From NCBI RefSeq assembly GCF_009914755.1, contig NC_060943.1: a stretch of 64,000 nucleotides of DNA, one strand, 5' to 3'. A model generated the notes under the pieces. That model was not told the origin of the DNA. It saw nothing but the letters and a program-made list of their open reading frames with translations, and made no database searches. Origin of the DNA: the human T2T-CHM13v2.0 reference genome, Homo sapiens. Every line of letters starts with the position of its first letter. The first letter of the stretch is position 1. Position numbers and translations under genes: made by a program. Positions 13,601-24,800 of this stretch are shown here, one piece after another.

Positions 13601-14256
13601 GTGTGCGTTCAACTCACAGAGTTTACCCTTTCTTTTCATAGAGCAGTTAGGAAACACTCTGTTTGTAAAGTCTGCAAGTGGATATTCAGACATCCTTGAG
13701 GCTTTCGTTGGAAACGGGATTTCTTCATATTCTGCCAGAAAGAAGAATTCTCAGTAACTTCCTTGTGTTGTGTGTATTCAACTCACAGAGTTGAACGATC
13801 CTTTACACAGAGCAGACTTGAAACACACTTTTTGTGGAATTTGCAAGTGGAGATTTCAGCCGCTTTGAGGTCAATGGTAGAATAGGAAATATCTTCCTAT
13901 AGAAACTAGACAGAATGATTCTCAGAAACTCCTTTGTGATGTGTGCGTTCAACTCACAGAGTTTAACCTTTCTTTTCACAGAGCAGTTAGGAAACACTCT
14001 GTTTGTACAGTCTGCAAGTGGATATTCAGACATCCTTGAGGCTTTCGTTGGAAACGGGATTTCTTCATATTCTGCTAGACAGAAGAATTCTCAGTAACTT
14101 CCTTCTGTTGTGTGTATTCAACTCACAGAGTTGAACGATCCTTTACACAGAGCAGTCTTGAAACACTCTTTTTGTGGAATTTGCAAGTGGAGATTTCAGC
14201 CGCTTTGTGGTCAATGGTAGAATAGGAAATATCTTCCTATAGAAACTAGACAGAAT

Positions 14257-15100
14257 GATTCTCAGAAACTCCTTTGTGATGTGGGCGTTCAACTCACAGA
14301 GTTTAACCTTTCTTTTCATAGAGCAGTTAGGAAACACTCTGTTTGTAAAGTCTGCATGTGGATATTTGGACTTCTTTGAGGCCTTCGTTGGAAACGGGTT
14401 TTTTTCATGTAAGGCTAGACAGAAGAATTCTCAGTAACTTCCTTGTGTTGTGTGTATTCAAATGACAGAGTTGAACTTTCATTTAGAGAGAGCAGATTTG
14501 AAACACTGTTTTTGTGGAATTTGCAAGTGAAGATTTCAAGCGCTTTGGGGCCAAAGGCAGAAAAGGAAATATCTTCGTATAAAAACTAGACAGAATCATT
14601 CTCAGAAACTGCTCTGTGATGTGTGCGTACAACTCTCAGAGTTTAACTTTTCTTTTCATTCAGCAGTTTGGAAACACTCTGTAAAGTCTGCACGTAGATA
14701 TTTTGACCACTTAGAGGCCTTCGTTGGAAACGGGTTTTTTTCATGTAAGGCTAGACAGAAGAATTCCCAGTAACTTCCTTGTGTTGTGTGCATTCAACTC
14801 ACAGAGATGAACGTTCCCTTAGACAGAGCAGATTTGAAACACTCTATTTGTGTAATTTGCAAGTGTAGATTTCAAGCGCTTTAAGGTCAATGGCAGAAAA
14901 GGATATATCTCCGTTTCAAAACTAGACAGAATCATTCCCACAAACTGCGTTGTGATGTGTTCGTTCAACTCACAGAGTTTAACCTTTCTGTTCATAGAGC
15001 AGTTAGGAAACACTCTGTTTGTAAAGTCTGTAAGTGGATATTCTGACATCTTGTGGCCTTCGTTGGAAACGGGATTTCTTCATATTCTGCGAGACAGAAG
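14257..15100 (+). repeat. Divergent HOR block, copy 1 (variant B monomer plus four distinct monomers of 171/165/171/168 bp)
   Basis: Monomer starts at 14257, 14426, 14597, 14762 and 14933. Diagnostic motifs are GGGTTTTTTTCATGTAAGG, GGGGCCAAAGGCAG, GACCACTTAGAGG, AATTCCCAG and CATTCCCACAAACTGCG. Confidence 0.9.
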
Positions 15101-15611
15101 AATTCTCAGTAACTTCTTTGTGTTGTGTGTATTCAACTCACAGAGTTGAACGATCCTTTACACAGAGCAGACTTGAAACACTCTTTTTGTGGAATTTGCA
15201 AGTGGAGATTTCAGCCGCTTTGAGGTCAATGGTAGAATAGGAAATATCTTCCTATAGAAACTAGACAGAATGATTCTCAGAAACTCCTTTGTGATGTATG
15301 CGTTCAACTCACAGAGTTTAACCTTTCTTTTCATAGAGCAGTTAGGAAACACTCTGTTTGTAATGTCTGCAAGTGGATATTCAGACCTCTATGAGGCCTT
15401 TGTTGGAAACGGGATTTCTTCATATTCTGCTAGACAGAAGAATTCTCAGTAACTTCCTTCTGTTGTGTGTATTCAACTCACAGAGTTGAACGATCCTTTA
15501 CACAGAGCAGTCTTGAAACACTCTTTTTGTGGAATTTGCAAGTGGAGATTTCAGCCGCTTTGTGGTCAATGGTAGAATAGGAAATATCTTCCTATAGAAA
15601 CTAGACAGAAT

Positions 15612-16454
15612 GATTCTCAGAAACTCCTTTGTGATGTGGGCGTTCAACTCACAGAGTTTAACCTTTCTTTTCATAGAGCAGTTAGGAAACACTCTGTTTG
15701 TAAAGTCTGCATGTGGATATTTGGACTTCTTTGAGGCCTTCGTTGGAAACGGGTTTTTTTCATGTAAGGCTAGACAGAAGAATTCTCAGTAACTTCCTTG
15801 TGTTGTGTGTATTCAAATGACAGAGTTGAATTTCATTTAGAGAGAGCAGATTGGAAACACTGTTTTTGTGGAATTTGCAAGTGGAGATTTCAAGCGCTTT
15901 GGGGCCAAAGGCAGAAAAGGAAATATCTTCGTATAAAAACTAGACAGAATGATTCTCAGAAACTCCTTTGTGATGTGTGCGTACAACTCTCAGAGTTTAA
16001 CTTTTCTTTTCATTCAGCAGTTTGGAAACACTCTGTAAAGTCTGCACGTAGATATTTTGACCACTTAGAGGCCTTCGTTGGAAACGGGTTTTTTTCATGT
16101 AAGGCTAGACAGAAGAATTCCCAGTAACTTCCTTGTGTTGTGTGCATTCAACTCACAGAGATGAACGTTCCCTTAGACAGAGCAGATTTGAAACACTCTA
16201 TTTGTGTAATTTGCAAGTGTAGATTTCAAGCGCTTTAAGGTCAATGGCAGAAAAGGAAATATCTCCGTTTCAAAACTAGACAGAATCATTCCCACAAACT
16301 GCGTTGTGATGTGTTCGTTCAACTCACAGAGTTTAACCTTTCTGTTCATAGAGCAGTTAGGAAACACTCTGTTTGTAAAGTCTGTAAGTGGATATTCTGA
16401 CATCTTGTGGCCTTCGTTGGAAACGGGATTTCTTCATATTATGCTAGACAGAAG
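15612..16454 (+). repeat. Divergent HOR block, copy 2
   Basis: Same monomer order, with starts at 15612, 15781, 15951, 16116 and 16287. It lies 1355 bp after copy 1. Confidence 0.9.
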
Positions 16455-17985
16455 AATTCTCAGTAACTTCTTTGTGTTGTGTGTATTCAACTCACAGAGT
16501 TGAACGATCCTTTACACAGAGTAGACTTGAAACACTCTTTTTGTGGAATTTGCAAGTGGAGATTTCAGCCGCTTTGAGGTCAATGGTAGAATAGGAAATA
16601 TCTTCCTATAGAAACTAGACAGAATGATTCTCAGAAACTCCTTTGTGATGTGTGCGTTCAACTCACAGAGTTTAACCTTTCTTTTCATAGAGCAGTTAGG
16701 AAACACTCTGTTTATAAAGTCTGCAAGTGGATATTCAGACCTCTTTGAGGCCTTCGTTGGAAACGGGATTTCTTCATATTATGCTAGACAGAAGAATTCT
16801 CAGTAACTTCCTTGTGTTGTGTGTATTCAACTCACAGAGTTGAACGATCCTTTACACAGAGCAGACTGGAAACACTCTTTTTGTGGAATTTGCAAGTGGA
16901 GATTTCAGCCGCTTTGAGTTCAATGGTAGAATAGGAAATATCTTCCAATAGAAACTAGACAGAATGATTCTCAGAAACTCCTTTGTGATGTGTGCCTTCA
17001 ACTCACAGAGTTTAACCTTTCTTTTCATAGAGCAGTTAGGAAACACTCTGTTTGTAAAGTCTGCAAGTGGATATTCAGACCTCTTTGAGGCCTTCGTTGG
17101 AAACGGGATTTCTTCATATTCTGCTAGACAGAAGAATTCTCAGTAACTTCCTTGTGTTGTGTGTATTCAACTCACAGAGTTGAACGATCCTTTACACAGA
17201 GCAGACTTGAAACACTGTTTTTGTGTAATTTAAAAATGGAGATTTCAGCCGATTTGAGGTCAATGGTAGAAAAGGAAATATCTTCCTATAGAAACTAGAC
17301 AGAATGATTCTCAGAAACTGCTTTGTAATGTGTGCGTTCAACTCACAGAGTTTAACCTTTCTTTTCATAGAGCAGTTAGGAAACACTCTGTTTATAAAGT
17401 CTGCAAGTGGATATTCAGACCTCTTTGAGGCCTTCGTTGGAAACGGGATTTCTTCATATGATGCTAGACAGAAGAATTCTCAGTAACTTCCTTGTGTTGT
17501 GTGTATTCAACTCACAGAGTTGAACGATCGTTTACACAGAGCAGACTTGAAACACTCTTTTTGTGGAATTTGCAAGGGGAGATTTCAGCCGCTTTGGGGT
17601 CAATAGTAGAAAAGGAAATATCTTCATATAGAAATTATACAGAATGATTCTCAGAAACTCCTTTGTGATGTGTGCGTTCAACTCACAGAGTTTCACCTTT
17701 CTTTTCATAGAGCAGTTAGGAAACACTCTGTTTGTAAAGTCTGCAAGTGGATATTCAGACCTCTATGAGGCCTTCGTTGGAAACGGGATTTCTTCATATT
17801 CTGCTAGACAGAAGAATTCTCAGAAACTTCCTTGTGTTGTGTGTATTCAACTCACAGAGTTGAACGATCCTTTACACAGAGGAGTCTTGAAACACTCTTT
17901 TTGTGGAATTTGCAAGTGGAGATTTCTGCCGCTTTGAGGTCAATGGTAGAATAGGAAATATCTTCCTATAGAAACTAGACAGAAT

Positions 17986-18829
17986 GATTCTCAGAAACTC
18001 CTTTGTGATGTGGGCGTTCAACTCACAGAGTTTAACCTTTCTTTTCATAGAGCAGTTAGGAAACACTCTGTTTGTAAAGTCTGCATGTGGATATTTGGAC
18101 TTCTTTGAGGCCTTCGTTGGAAACGGGTTTTTTTCATGTAACGCTAGACAGAAGAATTCTGAGTAACTTCCTTGTGTTGTGTGTATTCAACTGACAGAGT
18201 TGAACTTTCATTTAGAGAGAGCAGATTTGAAACACTGTTTTTGTGGCATTTGCAAGTGGAGATTTCAAGCGCTTTGGGGCCAAATGCAGAAAAGGAAATA
18301 TCTTCGTATAAAAACTAGACAGAATCATTTTCAGAAACTGCTCTGTGATGTGTGCGTTCAACTCTCAGAGTTTAACTTTTCTTTTCATTTAGCAGTTTGG
18401 AAACACTCTGTAAAGTCTGCACGTAGATATTTTGACCACTTAGAGGCCTTCGTTGGAAACGGGTTTTTTTCATGTAAGGCTAGACAGAAGAATTCCCAGT
18501 AACTTCCTTGTGTTGTGTGCATTCAAGTCACAGAGATGAACGTTCCCTTAGACAGAGCAGATTTGAAACACTCTATTTGTGTAATTTGCAAGTGTAGATT
18601 TCAAGCGCTTTAAGGTCAATGGCAGAAAAGGAAATATCTCCGTTTCAAAACTAGACAGAATCATTCCCACAAAGTGCGTTGTGATGTGTTCGTTCAACTC
18701 ACAGAGTTTAACCTTTCTGTTCATAGAGCAGTTAGGAAACACTCTGTTTGTAAAGTCTGTAAGTGGATATTCTGACATCTTGTGGCCTTCGTTGGAAACG
18801 GGATTTCTTCATATTATGCTAGACAGAAG
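17986..18829 (+). repeat. Divergent HOR block, copy 3
   Basis: Same monomer order, with starts at 17986, 18155, 18326, 18491 and 18662. It lies 2374 bp after copy 2. Confidence 0.9.
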
Positions 18830-21800
18830 AATTCTCAGTAACTTTTTGTGTTGTGTGTATTCAACTCACAGAGTTGAACGGTCCTTTACACAGAGCAGAC
18901 TTGAAACACTCTTTTTGTGGAATTTGCAAGTGGAGATTTCAGCCGCTTTGAGGTCAATGGTAGAATAGGAAATATCTTCCTATAGAAACTAGACAGAATT
19001 ATTCTCAGAAACTCCTTTGTGATGTGTGCGTTCAACTCACAGAGTTTAACCTTTCTTTTCACAGAGCAGTTAGGAAACACTCTGTTTGTAAAGTCTGCAA
19101 GTGGATATTCAGACCTCTTTGAGGCCTTCGTTGGAAACGGGATTTCTTCATATTCTGCTAGACAGAAGAATTCTCAGTAACTTCCTTGTGTTGTGTGTAT
19201 TCAACTCACAGAGTTGAACGATCCTTTACACAGAGCAGACTTGAAACACTGTTTTTGTGGAATTTGCAAGTGGAGATTTCAGCCGCTTTGAGGTCAATGG
19301 TAGAAAAGGAAATATCTTCCAATAGAAACTAGACAGAATGATTCTCAGAAACTCCTTCGTGATGTGTGCATTCAACTCACAGAGTTTAACCTTTCTTTTC
19401 ATAGAGCAGTTAGGAAACACTCTGTTTATAAAGTCTGCAAGTGGATATTCAGACCTCTTTGAGGCCTTCGTTGGAAACGGGATTTCTTCATATGATGCTA
19501 GACAGAAGAATTCTCAGTAACTTCCTTGTGTTGTGTGTATTCAACTCACAGAGTTGAACGATCCTTTACACAGAGCAGACTTGAAACACTCTTTTTGTGG
19601 AATATGCAAGGGGAGATTTCAGCCGCTATGGGGTCAATAGTAGAAAAGGAAATATCTTCATATAGAAACTAGACAGAATGATTCTCAGAAACTCCTTTGT
19701 GATGTGTGCGTTCAACTCACAGAGTTTAACCTTTCTTTTCATAGAGCAGTTAGGAAACACTCTGTTTGTAAAGTCTGCAAGTGGATATTCAGACCTCTTT
19801 GAGGCCTTCGTTGGAAACGGGATTTCTTCATATTCTGCTAGACAGAAGAATTCTCAGTAACTTCCTTGTGTTGTGTGTATTCAACTCACAGAGTTGAACG
19901 ATCCTTTACACAGAGCAGACTTGAAACACTCTTTTTGTGGAATTTGCAAGTGGAGATTTCAGCCGCTTTGAGGTCAATGGTAGAATAGGAAATATCTTCC
20001 TATAGAAACTAGACAGAATGATTCTCAGAAACTCCTTTGTGATGTGTGCGTTCAACTCACACAGTTTAACCTTTCTTTTCATAGAGCAGTTAGGAAACAC
20101 TCTGTTTGTAAAGTCTGCAAGTGGATATTCAGACCTCCTTGAGGCCTTCGTTGGAAACGGGATTTCTTCATATTATGCTAGACAGAAGAATTCTCAGTAA
20201 CTTCCTTGTGTTGTGTGTATTCAACTCACAGAGTTGAACGATCCTTTACACAGAGCAGACTTGAAACACTCTTTTTGTGGAATTTGCAAGTGGAGATTTC
20301 AGCCGCTTTGAGTTCAATGGTAGAATAGGAAATATCTTCCTATAGAAACTAGACAGAATGATTCTCAGAAACTCCTTTGTGATGTGTGCGTTCAACTCAC
20401 AGAGTTCAACCTTTCTTTTCAGAGAGCAGTTGGGAAACACTCTGTTTGTAAAGTCTGCAAGTGGATATTCAGACTTCTTTGAGGCCTTCGTTGGAAGCGG
20501 GATTTCTTCATATTCTGCTAGACAGAAGAATTCTCAGAAACTTCCTTGTGTTGTGTGTTTTCAACTCACAGAGTTGAACGATCCTTTACACAGAGCAGAC
20601 TTGAAACACTCCTTTTGTGGAATTTGCAAGTGGAGATTTCAGCCGCTTTGAGGTCAATGGTAGAATAGGAAATATCTTCCTATAGAAAGTAGACAGAATG
20701 ATTCTCAGAAACTCCTTTGTGATGTGTGCGTTCAACTCACAGAGTTTAACCTTTCTTTTCATAGAGCAGTTAGGAAACACTCTGTTTGTAAAGTCTGCAA
20801 GTGGATATTCAGACCTCCTTGAGGCCTTCGTTGGAAACGGGATTTCTTCATATTATGCTAGACAGAAGAATTCTCAGTAACTTCCTTGTGTTGTGTGTAT
20901 TCAACTCACAGAGTTGAACGATCCTTTACACAGAGCAGACTTGAAACACTCTTTTTGTGGAATTTGCAAGTGGAGATTTCAGCCGCTTTGAGTTCAATGG
21001 TAGAATAGGAAATATCTTCCTATAGAAACTAGACAGAATGATTCTCAGAAACTCCTTTGTGATGTGTGCGTTCAACTCACAGAGTTTAACCTTTCTTTTC
21101 ATAGAGCAGTTGGGAAACACTCTGTTTGTAAAGTCTGCAAGTGGATATTCAGACATCCTTGAGGCTTTCGTTGGAAACGGGATTTCTTCATATTCTGCTA
21201 GAAAGAAGAATTCTCAGTAACTTCCTTGTGTTGTGTGTATTCAACTCACAGAGTTGAACGATCCTTTACACAGAGCAGACTTGAAACAGTCCTTTTGTGG
21301 AATTTGCAAGTGGAGATTTCAGCCGCTTTGAGGTCAATGGTAGAATAGGAAATATCTTCCTATAGAAACTAGACAGAATGATTCTCAGAAACTCCTTTGT
21401 GATGTGTGCGTTCAACTCACAGAGTTTAACCTTTCTTTTCATAGAGCAGTTGGGAAACACTCTGTTTGTAAAGTCTGCAAGTGGATATTCAGACATCCTT
21501 GAGGCTTTCGTTGGAAACGGGATTTCTTCATATTCTGCTAGAAAGAAGAATTCTCAGTAACTTCCTTGTGTTGTGTGTATTCAACTCACAGAGTTGCACG
21601 ATCCTTTACACAGAGCAGACTTGAAACACTCTTTTTGTGGAATTTGCAAGTGGAGATTTCAGCCGCTTTGAGGTCAATGGTAGAATAGGAAATATCTTCC
21701 GATAGAAACCAGACAGAATGATTCTCAGAAACTTCTTTGTGATGTTTGCGTTCAACTCACAGAGTTTAACCTTTCTTTTCATAGAGCAGTTAGGAAACAC

Positions 21801-24800
21801 TCTGCAAAGTCTGCAAGTGGATATTCAGACCTCCTTGAGGCCTTCGTTGGAAGCGGGATTTCTACATGTTCTGCTAGACAGAAGAATTCTCAGAAACTTC
21901 CTTGTGTTGTGTGTTTTCAACTCACAGAGTTGAACGATCCTTTACACAGAGCAGACTTGAAACACTCCTTTTGTGGAATTTGCAAGTGGAGATTTCAGCC
22001 GCTTTGAGGTCAATGGTAGAATAGGAAATATCTTCCTATAGAAAGTAGACAGAATGATTCTCAGAAACTCCTTTGTGATGTGTGCATTCAACTCACAGAG
22101 TTTAACCTTTCTTTTCATAGAGCAGTTAGGAAACACTCTGTTTGTAAAGTCTGCATGTGGATATTCAGACCTCCTTGAGGCCTTCGTTGGAAGCGGGATT
22201 TCTTCATGTTCTGCTAGACAGAAAAATTCTCAGAAACTTCCTTGTGTTGTGTGTTTTCAACTCACAGAGTTGAACGATCCTTTACACAGAGCAGACTTGA
22301 AACACTCCTTTTGTGGAATTTGCAAGTGGAGATTTCAGCCGCTTTGAGGTCAATGGTAGAATAGGAAATATCTTCCTATAGAAAGTAGACAGAATGATTC
22401 TCAGAAACTCCTTTGTGATGTGTGCGTTCAACTCACAGAGTTTAACCTTTCTTTTCATAGAGCAGTTAGGAAACACTCTGTTTGTAAAGTCTGCAAGTGG
22501 ATATTCAGACCTCCTTGAGGCCTTCGTTGGAAACGGGATTTCTTCATATTATGCTAGACAGAAGAATTCTCAGTAACTTCCTTGTGTTGTGTGTATTCAA
22601 CTCACAGAGTTGAACGATCCTTTACACAGAGCAGACTTGAAACACTCTTTTTGTGGAATTTGCAAGTGGAGATTTCAGCCTCTTTGAGGTCAATGGTAGA
22701 ATAGGAAATATCTTCCTATAGAAACTAGACAGAATGATTCTCAGAAACTCCTTTGTGATGTGTGCGTTCAACTCACAGAGTTTAACCTTTCTTTTCATAG
22801 AGCAGTTAGGAAACACTCTGTTTGTAAAGTCTGCAAGTGGATATTCAGACATCCTTGAGGCTTTCGTTGGAAACGGGATTTCTTCATATTCTGCTAGAAA
22901 GAAGAATTCTCAGTAACTTCCTTGTGTTGTGTGTATTCAACTCACAGAGTTGAACGATCCTTTACACAGAGCAGACTTGAAACACTCCTTTTGTGGAATT
23001 TGCAAGTGGAGATTTCAGCCGCTTTGAGGTCAATGGTAGAATAGGAAATATCTTCCTATAGAAACTAGACAGAATGATTCTCAGAAACTCCTTTGTGATG
23101 TGTGCGTTCAACTCACAGAGTTTAACCTTTCTTTTCATAGAGCAGTTGGGAAACACTCTGTTTGTAAAGTCTGCAAGTGGATATTCAGACATCCTTGAGG
23201 CTTTCGTTGGAAACGGGATTTCTTCATATTCTGCTAGAAAGAAGAATTCTCAGTAACTTCCTTGTGTTGTGTGTATTCAACTCACAGAGTTGCACGATCC
23301 TTTACACAGAGCAGACTTGAAACACTCTTTTTGTGGAATTTGCAAGTGGAGATTTCAGCCGCTTTGAGGTCAATGGTAGAATAGGAAATATCTTCCTATA
23401 GAAACTAGACAGAATGATTCTCAGAAACTTCTTTGTGATGTGTGCGTTCAACTCACAGAGTTTAACCTTTCTTTTCATACAGCAGTTAGGAAACACTCTG
23501 TTTGTAAAGTCTGCAAGTGGATATTCAGACCTCCTTGAGGCCTTCTTTGGAAGCGGGATTTCTTCATGTTCTGCTAGACAGAAGAATTCTCAGAAACTTC
23601 CTTGTGTTGTTTGTTTTCAACTCACAGAGTTGAACGATCCTTTACACAGAGCAGACTTGAAACACTCCTTTTGTGGAATTTGCAAGTGGAGATTTCAGCC
23701 GCTTTGAGGTCAATGGTAGAATAGGAAATATCTTCCTATAGAAAGTAGACAGAATGATTCTCAGAAACTCCTTTGTGATGTGTGCGTTCAACTCACAGAG
23801 TTTAACCTTTCTTTTCATAGAGCAGTTAGGAAACACTCTGTTTGTAAAGTCTGCAAGTGGATATTCAGACCTCCTTGAGGCCTTCGTTGGAAGCGGGATT
23901 TCTTCATGTTCTGCTGGACAGAAGAATTCTCAGAAACTTCCTTGTGTTGTCTGTTTTCAACTCACAGAGTTGAACGATCCTTTACACAGAGCAGACTTGA
24001 AACACTCCTTTTGTGGAATTTGCAAGTGGAGATTTCAGCCGCTTTGAGGTCAATGGTAGAATAGGAAATATCTTCCTATAGAAACTAGACAGAATGATTC
24101 TGAGAAATCCTTTGTGATGTGTGCGTTCAATTCACAGAGTTTAACCTTTCTTTTCATAGAGCAGTTAGGAAACACTCTGTTTGTAAAGTCTGCAAGTGGA
24201 TATTCAGACCTCCTTGAGGCCTTCGTTGGAAACGGGATTTCTTCATATTATGCTAGACAGAGGAATTCTCAGGAACTTCCTTGTGTTGTGTGTATTCAAC
24301 TCACAGAGTTGAACGATCCTTTACACAGAGCAGACTTGAAACACTCTTTTTGTGGAATTTGCAAGTGGAGATTTCAGCCGCTTTGAGTTCAATGGTAGAA
24401 TAGGAAATATCTTCCTATAGAAACTACACAGAATGATTCTCAGAAACTGCTTTGTGATGTGTGCGTTCAACTCACAGAGTTCAACCTTTCTTTTCATAGA
24501 GCAGTTGGGAAACACTCTGTTTGTAAAGTCTGCAAGTGGATATTGACACTTCTTTGAGGCCTTCTTTGGAAGCGGGATTTCTTCATATTCTGCTAGACAG
24601 AAGAATTCTCAGTAACTTCCTTGTGTTGTGTGTATTCAACTCACAGAGTTGAACGATCCTTTACACAGAGCAGACTTGAAACACTCTTTTTGTGGAATTT
24701 GCAAGTGGAGATTTCAGCCGCTTTGAGGTCAATGGTAGAATAGGAAATATCTTCCTATAGAAACTAGACAGAATGATTCTCAGAAACTCCTTTGTGATGT

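Noticed and set aside
14396-14410. GGGTTTTTTT runs as terminators or retro-element tails
   Set aside because: They are a fixed variant of the sequence just after the CENP-B box in island B monomers, with no stem-loop or transcript context.
14100-18850. Transposon or foreign insertion at the divergent island
   Set aside because: The sequence stays alpha satellite in monomer phase and A/B alternation, with no target-site duplication, poly-A tail or L1/Alu sequence.
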